Shown: positions 39,097-52,922 of the stretch, in pieces
Layout of the letters: each line of letters opens with the position of its first letter
How positions within the stretch are numbered: the first letter of the stretch is position 1
NCBI GenBank assembly: GCA_000320545.1
Contig: ADNK01000697.1
Coordinates: forward strand, 1-64,000
Length of the DNA stretch: 64,000 nucleotides
Direction of reading: 5' to 3'
Source: Bigelowiella natans CCMP2755
Taxonomy: Eukaryota > Protista > Cercozoa
The notes under the pieces: generated by a model
The model's input: only the letters and a program-made list of their open reading frames with translations
What the model was told of the DNA's origin: nothing
The model's database searches: none
Program-made: the position numbers and the translations under genes

Positions 39097-40085
39097 TATC
39101 ATCATCACCATACTATTATGGAGTCATTGATGACTACTTGTGAAACATCCGATCGACGGTAGCGACAAGAGAATCAGGGGAGATTCCGGTGCTATTCTCT
39201 TTTGATAAGCGCCTAGTTGTCCGACAGCAATTTTAGACGATTAGTTATGAGCAAGAGTTGGGACTATGAATCCATCGCTGCAGCCATACTTGAGTTTTTC
39301 GTTATCCAGATAAAAAGAGAAATTATTGCTATGATCATCCTCCTGCAAAACCAAAACGGTGACCTATCATTATCAAAAAAGTGCGTGCAGCCAATGTTCC
39401 TCTCTTTATGATTAATTAATTGATTTATGATTCTTTCTACTATTCCCTCTGTTATTTTTCCTCCCTCTCTTTCCCCTCTCTTCTTCTCCTCAAAACCCCA
39501 ACCGACCTTATTAGATTCAATCCAATTCCTAAAAATCTCCAATGCAGTCTATCATAAGAATAATTTTGATTACATGTACTGAGCATCTTGATGATCATAA
39601 GTATCATTCATAACCCGTCAATATTTTAATCATTAATTTATAATTGTGATGAGTATCATCCTATCATCTTTGTGTAAATACTACCTTTATCTTGCAAAGA
39701 GCCTCAAGTGTGTTAATATTGATCAGTGCTTTATTTATCTTAGCGAGAATATCGTGAGAGCTGCGCCTGATAGTGCTCGTCATCCCACCTCCTTCCCCCC
39801 CCCCTCTACCCGACGATGATAATGATGACGATAACGCTGTTTTCAAGGACAAAGACGATGAAAGCGACGAAGAATTATTACCCTGATTTAGATAGTAGTG
39901 ATGATAGCAGAAAATAAAGAGGCAGACAAAGAACTGATGAGAAAAGAAGAAGAAGAAGAAGAAGAAGAAGAAGAAGAAGGAGAAGAAGAAGAAGCAAAAA
40001 ACGGAAAGGAGACGGAAGTGGCACGATAGAAAGGGGAGAAACAAAACAAGATATGAATTCTAGAATGATTGAAATAGAACATAAT

Positions 40086-40124
<39 letters not shown>

Positions 40125-40772
40125 ACCCTTTTCTTTACATCGCCGTTCATTGCGTTTTTTTCCTTGGCTATCGAGTTATCCAGAGAAGCTACCCACTAAT
40201 ATATTCACATACATACACATGACACAACTTACATACATATATTCAAAAAATAATAGTTTGTGGGTGTGTGTGGGTAGTGTGCGATGCGTAACCACAAGTT
40301 GAAGTTACCCTTACTACTTAAAAAACATAACGATAGTGATGATGATGATGATGAGGATAATGATAGTAAATGATGCTATGAGGAAGTAATGTAAGCAGTG
40401 ATAACAATAATAATTAATCATAATAATAAACGAGGGTGTTATATGTGACTCCTTTTATTGTTACGGACTTACAACCATAGTTGTTCTTTCTATTAGTAAG
40501 TTAGTAGTAACACCTCAGAAAGAGCTACAGGGTGCCTGGCCTTGCACGAAACCTGAAGAGCAGCAATGAGCATCAAACCCCCTCGTCGTTGTTCAGATCG
40601 ACATCATCGTTTCTTGTCACTAATTATAACCGTCATGGTACTGGTACTGGGTAAAATTATGTACAACAGAAGTTCATGATTTCTATTTATAGTTTATGGA
40701 TGATGATGCCTTTTGATGATAATAAAGATGATAAAGGTCATTTTAATTGGGAATATACGTTGATCTCTATGA

Positions 40773-40808
<36 letters not shown>

Positions 40809-43800
40809 GTTTCTTCTTGTTGTTGTTGTGGATATGATTTGATCATCAAAATAACTATCTTGTTCTTCCTTTTTGTCGTTGTATTGTCACTGTCACTTTC
40901 TCATCATCATCACTGAAATAGCAACACCATACCTTCCGAAGAGGAGTAACAATATGGAACACAAATTTTCCTTGCGATATGCTGAAAGGGAAGAGGAAGC
41001 AACAAGTAACTAATTAGCAGTAATCCTCCTCCGGAATTGCTCGATGTTCCTTGTTTGTTCTTTCTCATTATTTCCTATTGTGTATCTCTCTTGGATGATG
41101 ATTCCACTTCATCATCTTCATCATTATCATTCAGAGCCGCACAAACCAACATAAGGAAAAGATGGTATGGTAGTAGTTGGTTGTAGTAAACCCTTGTATG
41201 CATGCAAGTGTGTAAAGAGGTTTATAAATTCAGTAAATACTAAAACTAATACAACTAGGCAGGATGGTAGCTACCTTCTCTGATCCAACTCCACGGAAGC
41301 AAACCTCAACGTAACAAATCTTCCATGTGTAGCAGCAGTAGTAGAAAAAGAAACAACACTTAAATAGTTGTAGATTTTTAGCACACCGTGATAATTCAAA
41401 GAGAGATACTTGAACAGAATGAGAGGGGGAAGTGAAGCAGCAGGAGAATTAGTTAAATAAAGAAATGCTTCATATGAAAATGGTGATGAAAATGGTAAAG
41501 GACAAGATGGATAGCAAATTCAGAAATGAAAGTAGGATCTAATGAATAATGTTATTATCATTATTATCATTTTCAACTAACAATGCGGTCATGGTTGCGA
41601 CTAGAACACACGATACTATCTACTAAATCCTACTGCAGTAGTAGTAACAGTCGTAGTAGCAGCAGAGCAATAAAAGAATAGTAGTTAGTGGCCACCCTGC
41701 AGGAGTTGTTGACTTTGAATCTTGGTAGTAATACAACGCCCCTGGCCAGTAGAAAGTAATACCAAACACAAGCACTATCATAATATGATAATGATGACGA
41801 TGATGACTATGATGCTGGATGAAGACGATGATGATGACGATATCGATAACGGTGATAATTTTAGTATTTGAAAGGGATAATGAGTCCAAACACAGTAGTT
41901 TGAAAGCTATTTTTCCGCATCACACGATGAGTACTTATGATTAATGATGGCATGATAGCAATCTGAATATTATATATATTTACAACCTGTAAAACAACAC
42001 TACCACAGCCAGCAGCTACCTACACCTACGACAGCTACAACAATACCTTCGAAAAGCACGAAGTAATACTCACGCCATCCCTGCAGTGGGTAATGAGATG
42101 ATAGCAGAAAGAAAAAGACAAATACGACAGCAATGATGACGACGATGATAATACAAAAATGATGAAAAAATGTAGCAAGAGAGATTTCATCAGAATGTAA
42201 GAATGAAAGCAGTTTCTGAAAACAAGTAACAGCTTCTCTCCTACCCCAATTTAAGAGTATCTTATCAGTGCATGTACATTCGCTATTCTACCTCCCCCTC
42301 TCCTCTATAATAATCTTCTTATCGTTTTACATCATCAACTTCCATTCCTAGCACTCCTGACTTTTCCTTATTCATCGAGGTGATCGGGAGATACGATTGT
42401 AGAAATCTGTGTTATAATGAATAGTAGGGGTACATTTTTGATTAGCTGATGAAAGTGAACATAATTAGTGAAACAGGATAGTAATGAGTTTTTAATTTTG
42501 GTGAATATAGCTCTGCTGGGAGGAAAGAGGGGTGATAACCAAAAACGTTTATTTTAACTAAAAGTGAGGACACCTCTCCCCCTCTACACACAGAAAGTCT
42601 GCAACGTACCCCGACGATGATAAAGAACTAATAAGGAGCTGATGGTTTGTCATTTGGATGATGAATTGCTCCCTGCACAAAGGTATAAGCTCCTGAGAGG
42701 CTTCGACCTACAGAACAGATAAGAGATGATGATACAGATTCATGAGAATCATTTCACAATGACTATCATAATGCCAAAAAAGGATAATGCATGATGAAGA
42801 AATAATCCATAGAGATACTATATAACGGAGAATTGCCAGAGATAACAGTATGGTGTTCAAATCGATTCAACATAACGGAATTCATTCATGCCAATCAAAG
42901 TTGTCCGCACCACCACCTTTCGTTTCCAGATTTCCTTCGGTAATAATACCCTTAAATCCGTGGTAATTATATCGACAAAACGATTGCATACTTCGTCGTT
43001 CTGCGAATTGTTATTGCAATATTGTTGACCATAGGAATGTGACGAGAAAACGACTTGATTTAGTATGTAGTCGTGGAGTAGTGCAGTAGTAGATTCTACT
43101 CTGTGGAGATTGATTATCATTATCTTAGTAGAATATAGAATATATAGTATCTGAAGCTACTATCTTACTAGAATATAGAAAATATAGTATGCGAAGCTAC
43201 GTGGAAATGACGGCTAGTGTGTAAACATCAAAAGCCGTTGATTTTGTTTGTCTACTTATCTTTCTCAGCTACAACCTCGGCTCGGAATGCATAAGGTCTT
43301 TCCGGTGTGTAGATCTTGAAACAGAAATATGCCTAAAAAAATTTAAGTCGATCGACAACAATAATGACAATTAAATTAACTCATGGAAAATGACAATATC
43401 GTAGAAAATGTAAGGTATTATAGTAATATTAGGGACAAGGGAAAGCGCTCCTCCTCCTACTTGCTGCGATTCCAAGTAGCACCAATATAAGTCATCGTTT
43501 TTGCTTTCCTGGGGACCCTAAGATGAATAATAATTAGGCTGACAAGGTTCAATACTATTGTACAAACATTCCATCCAAGATGCAAGCGTCTCTTCCTCAT
43601 CATCTAGTACAATATTGGCGCCTTTTCTTTCTTTCTCACCACCGCAACAAATCTCCAGCTTCTGCCATTCTATCATATTTTCCTTATTCTGCTTCTGCTC
43701 GCACACTATCTTGCATTGGTAACTACGTTACAACTAAAGTTCCTCTCAAAAGCAGCAGCAGAAGAAAAGAAAAGGAATGAGGCAAGTAGAAATACCAAGC

Positions 43801-45216
43801 TCTGTACATCTGCCATGCAGTATGCTACATTGAGTTCATGGCTTATTGCACCCTTCTCCTCGTATCTACACTTGAGAACATGATTCGCGTACGTGCACCA
43901 TCTGAAGCATTGTAGAAAGCAGTAGCAGCAGCAAAATAAGCATATGATATAAGACAAAATGTTATTTGGTCCACATCGAAACAAGGATAATGAGGACGAT
44001 GATGAAGACATGTTTTTTATTACTACTATTGCATAACCGTTTCTTCCACTGCCCATTTGAGGTTTGAATGTAAAGAACACCTTCAAACGAATACTGCTGC
44101 TCCTCCTCCTCCCCATCTTGCTGGTCGTCCTGTTCCCTCTCAGTGTCAGTTTTGCAGCACGTAGTGGAAGAATCTTCGCGGAATAATATCGATGTATTAC
44201 TGGGTTGTCTGCTTGTGGTATTAGAATCAACATCTCGAGATCGCTGCTTTGTGGATGACGAAATCTCTTTCTCTGTGCACATCCTCCTCTTTTGAAGGGG
44301 CATACCACTGTTGCTTGACTGTTCTCGCTTTCGATCCCCCTTTACATCCTCATTTTCCTCCTGATTATGTAATAATAGAAACATCGCTTCGATCATGTAA
44401 CGTTTTGTGATATTATGAGAGCATTGGGAAATAATATATTGCATGGGAGGGGGCATGTTCGGATAATTCCTGAGGACCACCACCACCACCACCACCATTT
44501 CCCAACTATCTTTCCCTCTCTCTTTAGTTACCCTGACCGTGTAGTCGCTGCTACCATTTGCTAATTCTTCCTCCGATTCAGACGAAGAAGGTGTTTTCTT
44601 CTTCTTCTTTCCTTTTCCTTCTTCTTCAAAACAAGAAACTATGTCATCACGCTTTGTAGGTTTAAGTGTCCGCACGACCGAAGAAGAAGAGGGCAATAAT
44701 ATTGGTGCAGGAATTGGCGGTTCAGGCAGGCTAGGGTGACTATAGATTTGCCTTCCAGTAGAAGCACGTGGTGGGGATGGCGAAGAAGCAGATGACTCAG
44801 ACTCTCTGCTGCCATTGTCATTGTGTGATGAGCGAATATAGTTGTTATCATCACTGGTGGTGTCTTTCTTCGAGCTTCTAGTATCCTGTTTGGAATCTTC
44901 CCTCACAAAATCGAGTTTATTTCTTGAGAGTTCCTTCATATTTTCTTTCCCGTAATTTGAAGGCTCAAATGAAGATAGGCCGTTGGAAGAAGTCTCAGAG
45001 GTGATTTTTTTGTTCGAACATGGTATACTTTTGGATTGACGATATCTATTTTCACCGTGTATATTATTTATTGATTTCGGGTTTGAATTCACACCCTGCT
45101 TGTTAATAGAAGAAATCTTCCGCTTCCAAGAGCGTGTCCGAGAATCACTGCGCATGTCCTTAAACAAAAGAAGTTAAATGGGAGGAAGTTTACACATATG
45201 TACATATACTCTCAAG

Positions 45217-45249
<33 letters not shown>

Positions 45250-46000
45250 TGTTGTCTGTACTCTCTCGTTGCTACTCGTTTCAGCGGATACGATACAAAC
45301 TCTGATCGTTTTCCGCAATATTAAATTAGAACCTCAAGGTCGGGTATTCCCCTTAGCTCCGGGGGAAGGTATCTGGCGAACAATAATTCGTCAATGACTG
45401 CTACAAATCTTAGGGCGTCGTGGAATTCATAGTTACTGAAGAATTCGCGTCAGCTGTTGCATGCGATCATTAATCGTGGAGATGATTGTCTGCCAAAAAG
45501 AAAGATCATCGTTTTGAAAAGATGGCATGTTTACGTGAGTTGAACTGCACCTTCGAGTCATCCCCAACGTTTGGAATGATTAAAGACAAGTTAGCAAGAG
45601 ACATTGTCCTTGGGAAGAACCTTGAGAAAAGCTCCTATGTTGCTGGTTTTCAATTCCAGGAACACCCTAAAGGCGAAGACAGCTTCCTCGAGAAACAGGC
45701 TTGTGCTCCTCACTGCAATGATGGTTGTTGGGCTTGGATATATCTTTTGAAGAGTTTCCTTTGTCTCTAGTTTTACTCGCTTACAGTACAGTCAGACGTC
45801 CAAACATGCATAGATCTGGTAGTTCGAGACGAGGCTTTGTAGGAAGGTGTGCTGCTCCTTCCTACACAAGTAGTAGTACCACATAAACCGCCTCAATCAC
45901 CAACATCTTTTACCCTATATAGCTTGTCGCATTACACTATTCACGATTCCCCCCTCTGTGTTCGAAGATTCAGAAAAGCTCATCTTGAAAAGCAAGCCAT
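36893..46000 (-). CDS. Large multi-exon signalling protein: low-complexity N-region, at least two PH domains, RGS domain, C-terminal FHA domain
   Basis: PH1: FEGVLYIQTSNGQWKKR|WCTYANHVLKC...TLASWMECL. PH2: GWREYYFVLFE|GALYYYQDSKSTTPAG|FVTLRFASV...KFVFHIVTPLRK|VSCKARHPVALSE|WVASL. RGS: ALEIFRNWIE..EDDHSNNFSFYLD...MFHK|YLSEDS...GDMFRK|VEEVIYPLVEKDFLQFKKS. FHA: ITIGRDKSNYVVIEDSR|VSRSHARVEY...IDL|GSSCGSKLNGKPV..|LKPGDLVEIG. Exon phases are compatible from PH2 through RGS and within the FHA; the PH1-PH2 link, RGS-FHA link and 5' end (46000 approximate) are unresolved. Confidence 0.75.
43121..43200. repeat. 40-bp imperfect tandem duplication, probably intronic
   Basis: tatcttagtagaatatagaatatatagtatctgaagctac followed by a copy with 4 mismatches. 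Confidence 0.85.
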
Positions 46001-46546
46001 GATTATTAACCTGCGACATGCAAATACCTTTGTCGTAAAATGAAAAGGATACACATGTATGTTTTGTCAGGAAACTGGATTGCAGCAGAAAATATGAGCT
46101 ACAGGCCTGTAATTAGTTCACACCAGAGAAGAGTGCTCCCCGTTATTTGCCTGCGTCACATTAATAATATTGTCGCAATACAATATTTTAGCCTATAATT
46201 ATTTCTCCCCTTCTTCCTGATGCGACAATTCGATGTAGCTACCGAGCGTTCAAAACAGTGAGTCTACGAGAAAAATACGTGGGTGACACGTGGCGTGGGT
46301 ATGAGATGATGGAATGCTGGGGTTATTCGAATACCGTCAACGATAAAGAGCTCTTTTCGGGTGGAAATCCAGGTACTAAATGACAACAACTTCTCTATGA
46401 ACGGTAAACGCTCCCCCATCCCGAACCACAACTACCCGAGTCATAACAAACGTTCAATAAACAGTTGTGTGCTGTATTTAAACACAACTTGTGTTTTTAA
46501 TTTCTTACTGCCGTTACGCCTAGGAGCCCTCCTTCTACCTGTAGCT

Positions 46547-47975
46547 ATGTTCCTCTCTCTTTCATGGTCACTGCGCCCCGCTAGGGCTTGGGTACTTCGT
46601 ACCAACAAGCGTGGATTCGCTGCAGCAGCGGCCACATCAACCACGATGGTAACAATTATCAGGAAATTATATATTATGAAGCTACTCTATATTCCTGAGA
46701 AAAATCAAAGGCATTCTTGAGGGTGCAAATAACTACAACCCCAACTTTGTTGAATGCATGATCTGGTAGGGCGATTCCCCCCTCCCCAAATATGCTTTGG
46801 TCCAAGGTGCCAGTCGAGGAATAGGACTAGAAATGACAAAGCAGCTTCTCGAAAAAGGGTCAAAATTAGAACATTTGTAACAACATATGCGCCAAGAAGT
46901 GCAAACAAATATTATATTATAATATACATAGACATAGACTACTTCTAAGTTTTGGGTAGCTGGCAGTCGCATATATATCCACCGCACGAATCAAATTTGC
47001 AGGTACCATGTAATGGCAACATGTCGTCGCCCCGACAAATCCCCAGGACTCTCAGATCTTTCAGCAAAATATCCTATGACGCTGCATATGTCACGTTTAG
47101 ATGTGACCGATTCTCAAAGTAGTAAGCAAGCAAGCAAGATTACTGTATGCCATCATCACAAGGGATGATTAATTGAACATGTGGTAGAATATGTGTCGTT
47201 CACGTGGACAATGTTAGTTGCCTGCATTCGTATAGTAAATGCATCTATTTGTGTTGGATGACATATAAGCACAAATCGTATAAATACGACGATGTATCTG
47301 AATATGTGGATTAAATAATAGCGGGAACAACTAATACACGTAATACTTCGTTTGCTGGAGAACATTTTGAAGAGAGATGAGCTATGTAGCAATTCTTCTT
47401 CTTACTGTATGTAATCATTATTCTTTATAGGCATATCGGAGACAGCGACGCGAGTAGAGAGCGATTTTGGAGGTGTTCTAGACATTTTGGTAAACTCTGC
47501 AGGTATCTTACAGGACGATGCTCATAAGCCAGAGCGGCAGCTTTCTGCCATCGATAGAGACTGGATGTTAAATAGTTTTGAGGTAGTGTGTAGTAAGCAA
47601 GAGTCTTTTGGCCCCACGCATTGATCTTCACGTATTTATTTTATGTATTTCATCATCAAAAACAGGTAAATTCTGTTGGACCACTCTTGGTGATACAAGC
47701 AATGCAAGAATTTCTTAAACGAACCAAGTCAGTAACCCTCTTATGACTTCCCCCTCCCCACGTATGAACTGAAACATATATAAATACTATAAATGTTTGA
47801 TGTGAATCTGCGTGGGGGGGAGGGGGGGCTTCATACTTTTTATTTATCCAAAAAACTGGTCATTGATTGATAAAACATCCCCTCGTTTCTATAATTGCGT
47901 TGACTGATCAGAGAAAACAAGCGGGATAGAGGAGTCATTGCAAATATCAGCGCAAGAGTAAATTTATTACCACTG

Positions 47976-48011
<36 letters not shown>

Positions 48012-49133
48012 TCATCCTATTAACCACTCTCTTCCTATCAACGTTTTATCTGTCTGTCGATGTCAATTCGCTTGTTATCATCACAGGATGCTGATTATGA
48101 TTAGTGTGTGTTATTACTACATTAATGTGCTGCTTTTTCATCGTTTAGGTGGGTTCGATAGAGGACAACAAAATGGGTGGATGGTACAGCTACAGGTGGC
48201 TGATGATGATGATGATGATGATGATGATGACGCACACGTCATGTCATTCGCCGCAACATCTGGCACATGATGATATCATTCTTCCTGCTGCCTCATGTAA
48301 AGCGTAGCATTGACACACCACCACTACCCTGGTTGGTTGCGTCTTTTTATGGTATCTCATTTCCTTCCCCTCTTTCTTTCCCATTGCAGCTTTCCTCTTT
48401 ACAAATCGGCCATCATTTCCATATCAACAGAATGTCGAAAGCAGCGCTGAATATGGCTACACGTTGCTCTGCACTCGAGGTGTTATTGGGTTTGAATGGG
48501 TGCTTGGTTGGCAGAGAGGCGATGTTGTACTTCTAGCTGCCTAACAACAGTACCTGTGGCCTTCTTCTTCTTTTTCTTCTTCTTCTTCTTCTTCTTCTTC
48601 TTTGTTGGTGCTGCTGATCTCAACAAATACGTCCAGCTCAAAAGGCATGGAGTAGCGTCGATAAGCCTCCACCCTGGGACCGTTGCAACTGACTTCACAA
48701 AGTATTAGTTGTAGTAATAGTAATGGTTTTTGTTGTTGTGATTGTAGCAGTAGCCATAACAGTAGTAGCAGTACCATCTGCTTTCCTTCTCATACGGGTG
48801 CTGATAACGTCGCGTTCTTTCTCACCTCGCCCTGTGCTACTTTTGTTCTCAGAGATTATCGGAAGAATGTAAAACCCGAAAAGCTCTTTCCTGTCGATCG
48901 TGCCGCTTCTCAGGTGGCCACACTCCTGAAATGCACTATTTTTTTAGTATGAAAAGCAGCTCTTCATCACCTAACTCTAATTCAGAATTCGATGGATACT
49001 TGTTAAAACCACTGATATACTTACTACGATAACCCTGGAATACCATACGCAGCTCCTGAATATCATCGAAGGAATAGAGCTAAAAGATACAGGCAAGTTC
49101 TTTGCATGGGATAAAGAGGTTCTTCCGTTTTAG
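46547..49133 (+). CDS. Classical short-chain dehydrogenase/reductase, CsgA/C-factor-like; possible mitochondrial presequence
   Basis: ALVQGASRGIGLE (Gly-rich cofactor motif), LDVTD, DILVNSAGIL, VNSVGPLL, ISAR|VGSIEDNKMGGWYSYR|MSKAALN (YxxxK), LHPGTVATDF, TGKFFAWD; stop at 49133. N-terminus is Arg-rich and lacks acidic residues. Confidence 0.92.
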
Positions 49134-49149
49134 AAACCGTTCAAATCCG

Positions 49150-49970
49150 ATGACAGGTGCATGCTAGCACAGCCTCAATAGTTTTGATATTTCGGAAACG
49201 CTACAGGCTCAGCAGCTGTTTGTTCTCGCTAGATAGGTGGATATATAGTTAACTTTCACAAATAATACAGTTTGATCATAGCATGAAAATCGTTGCTGCA
49301 TTGTAATGTGGTCTGCCCTGTTACGTAACAATCTACCAACTCATTGGAGTAACGCTCAGATGAGAATAAACATAGCACGCTTTGTGATCGATTCATAGTA
49401 CGTGCACTCTATTATTCTAGTTTTTTACTATTTATACCATAAATCCTCCCTGTAGCTGCTACTGGGTGTAGACGTAGTGTGCTGCTACTGCCGTTTTCAG
49501 CTTCGCTTGTAACAGTGCGTACATGTATCATCACGCAAAAGCTATAGTACATACCACATTTGTCGATTATGCAGCAGGTGTGATGTCCATATGTGCGTAG
49601 TGAAAAGTGAAAAGCAATGCTAGAATGTTGTGTGTGTGTGTATATATGTACATATTTACATGCATATCCATGTATTTATATTCTGGATGTAGCCTGCCAT
49701 GGATAATCATTTGAACCACACTAGCGATGATTCAAGCGTCGTCTGTATCATGCATGCTATGGCGCCGTAGAATTCTTGTGTACTAACTGACGCGCATATA
49801 GCTACAGCAGGCAACACTTCTTTACATGCAGCATATTTGCGACAATCATCGTGGTTTTATATGAATGGCTCGTATAAATAGATGTTTGTTTCCCGGTTCT
49901 ATCAGTACATGACAGATGTTGCATATCTAGGCGTACACACGACGACCACAAAGCACAAACATACACACAC
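49150..49970. repeat. Palindrome-rich intergenic island between convergent SDR and chorismate mutase
   Basis: gcatgctagc, gtacgtgcac, catgcatgc, gcatatctag words; no credible ORF. Confidence 0.4.
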
Positions 49971-49974
49971 GCAG

Positions 49975-50010
<36 letters not shown>

Positions 50011-50305
50011 CCCATGATTTACTAGATGTAAATATAAATTGCATTCGAATGTTTATATGAATATATGGATATATTTCTAGTACATGCTGTGGATATGAAA
50101 AGCACTTATAACATGCGTTACCTATCGACTGCACCAAGATTATTATGCCTATAATGTTCTGACGGAGAGGTAAGAATTCTACTTATCAGCTATATATTAT
50201 TCTGAAGCACTGCTAGGTTCTTCTTGTCGATGCTCAGGTATGAAAGCAAAGTCTGCTAAATCAGCAGCAGCTGTCCCATTGAATCACGACTATTTGTTGG
50301 TATAT

Positions 50306-51323
50306 CTAATCATCAAGTGGTCTTTCAAGAAGATACTTCATCTGAACTTGTTTGGTAAGTTCCATAATCTCCTCATATCTACAGTGAACACATTCATAAT
50401 AATGGCTGTTAGCTTGAGGAGGAGGGGGAGGGGGAGGGGGGGGAGGAAGAGACTTAGCTCTGAAAAGTAGCTTTGATCGTGTGTGTGTTGATAGTCAGAG
50501 TAGTATGATTTCTTACAAATCAGAGATAGCTTTGGGGTCAAGCTTTCCCTTTTGGCGGTCAATTTCCTCTAAGAGTGGACAAGATAATCTACTCAGGTAG
50601 GCTAGGAAGAAGAGACAATTGTTGCTGCGTGCAGTCGGTGGTGGTGGTGATGGTGATACTAATGATGACGACGAAGTTTGTTGAATAAGCACTAAAAGGA
50701 AGGGGTATGTCACTTCATCTGGGAACTTTAATAGTAGCGTCCAAATGAGCATCATCAGCACCAACATAAGCTATAATCAGGCAAGTTGGTAGGTATGAGA
50801 ACGTGCAATAGTAGCTAGTGACTGATGGCTTTTGTGTGAGTTGATGGAAAATAACTTGGTTTACTACTTTGTTTGGGTTGTTGTCCAATCTCATCATCGA
50901 GCATGCTTAAGACCTCTGGATTTCCGTATCTGTTATTACATGGTGAAGGAGTAGTTGTGTAAGTATGGTATTTCCATAGAACATATGCTGAGATGCATGT
51001 GGAGTATCTGTAGGTTTAATTTATCGCTCTTGGACTCTCGATATCTAATTAATTCAGTATTTTCAAGTCCTCCCTTCTTTCTCTATTTCTTGCTCACATT
51101 ACATGATGGCGTGTGTACATGATGCTGCTGCTAGTGCTGTTGTGTCATCTTAGGATGATGGATCTTACGCGACAGCCTTTAGCTTGACTCTTTGCAAGAT
51201 TTTTTCTTCTACATCAGGCTTGGTAATCATGCTACGAATGCCTTTGATATCCTGTTTATATCCATGATTAATGCACCACATCCCATCAGTATCGTCATCA
51301 CCACCGTCAATATTCTTATCACT

Positions 51324-51364
<41 letters not shown>

Positions 51365-52339
51365 TTACCTTTGCTTCGAGCAGTCGCTTCACCAATTGCC
51401 GATTCTATTGACATGAGAATAATTTTATAAACAAAGAAACATAGGGATACGACAACGATTATCACTTCCACAAAGTAGTAATATAAATAATGATGATGAT
51501 GATGATGGTGGTGGTGATGATGATGATGCAGCATATGGAACATCTATTCTTTCAAATTGACTGTCAAGGTAGGAGCGACTAGATACCTATATATGTGATC
51601 ATCTATTTATATTCGCGTCGTATTCATGCGTATTGCGATCATTCATATGGAAGAGTACTGACATTTCGATACTTGATTTCAGCGACAAATTTGCCATAGT
51701 TTATGCGTTTTGACAACGCCTGAGTACATCAATAGAAACAGAAACAAATATATATATATATATATATATATAAGAGTGTATTATTACCTCTATGCTACCC
51801 TATTCCATGTCATCCTACATTTATAAATTAGATATAATGCGTTTATGTGTGTTGTGTGCTCATGCCTGTAGGAGAGCAACATCGCATGTGACGCTGCTTC
51901 CAAAATGCTGGTCCTAATATTATAAATATATGAAGAGGTGAAAAGAACAAAAAGGGAGAGGGGGGGAGGGGGGGGAAGACGAGGCGTATTAAAAAAAAAC
52001 ACTATGTAGGTACGAAACACGGTATGATGATGAGGATTATATGCTATAAACATTGCACTATCAGTTGTTGTACACACAACGCCAGCATTGCCCTTTTCTT
52101 CTTCTTCTTCTTCTTCTTCTTCTTCTTCTTCTTCTTCTTCGCACCTCTCCCTCTTTGCACAGCGTAGTCAGCACCTATTGAAAGTACCACATATGATTAT
52201 TAAACTAAGTATAACATCTCTCCTCTTTATATCATCGGCTGCCACTGTCCCTCTTGCATCCTCTCCCCCCCTTCTTTTCCTTCTTTCGAGATGAAGAAGA
52301 AGGTCTCATACTTTCCATGCAGACTATTAATATAAGTGT

Positions 52340-52379
<40 letters not shown>

Positions 52380-52873
52380 CGTTGTCGATTTACTACTACT
52401 ACTTTATTCATGTAGAAGTCAAGTATCTTGTCGTTGAAGTTCCACTTCCCTATTACATCAAACAACAAACAGCACTATATCATCGTACAACTTGCGATCG
52501 TACACATACATTTGGAGATCAGATGCGACATATCGTTGCATTGTAACATTGACCTCTCTCTCTTTTGTAACGCAGTGTATATAGAATTATATTTAAATAA
52601 TAGGTGATAATTCTGTTTCATCGTAATTTGTTAACACAGATCATGCGCTGCTGTCAATACAACATACGTCATACGTAAAGATCTTCTGCAACTAAATATA
52701 TGTGGGGGAGGGAGGGGGAGTGTGTGGGTGTGGGTGTAAGATATCAGCATGTTTTACCATTAGGCTCACGCAATGCCTTCGGCCAACTCAACTCTGGAAG
52801 CATAGGCTTAGGAAGATACTTGTACCTAGCAAGATGGGAAATACCTCAAACACACACACACACACACACACAC

Positions 52874-52922
<49 letters not shown>

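Noticed and set aside
45486-45770. 94-aa + strand ORF (MSAKKKDHRF...)
   Set aside because: Overlaps in-frame - strand exons of the PH-RGS-FHA gene; treated as an antisense shadow.
50570-50910. Apparent extra exons inserting a loop into chorismate mutase
   Set aside because: AYGNPE|EIDRQKGKLDP can splice in frame directly at normal family length, so the stretch is most simply an intron.
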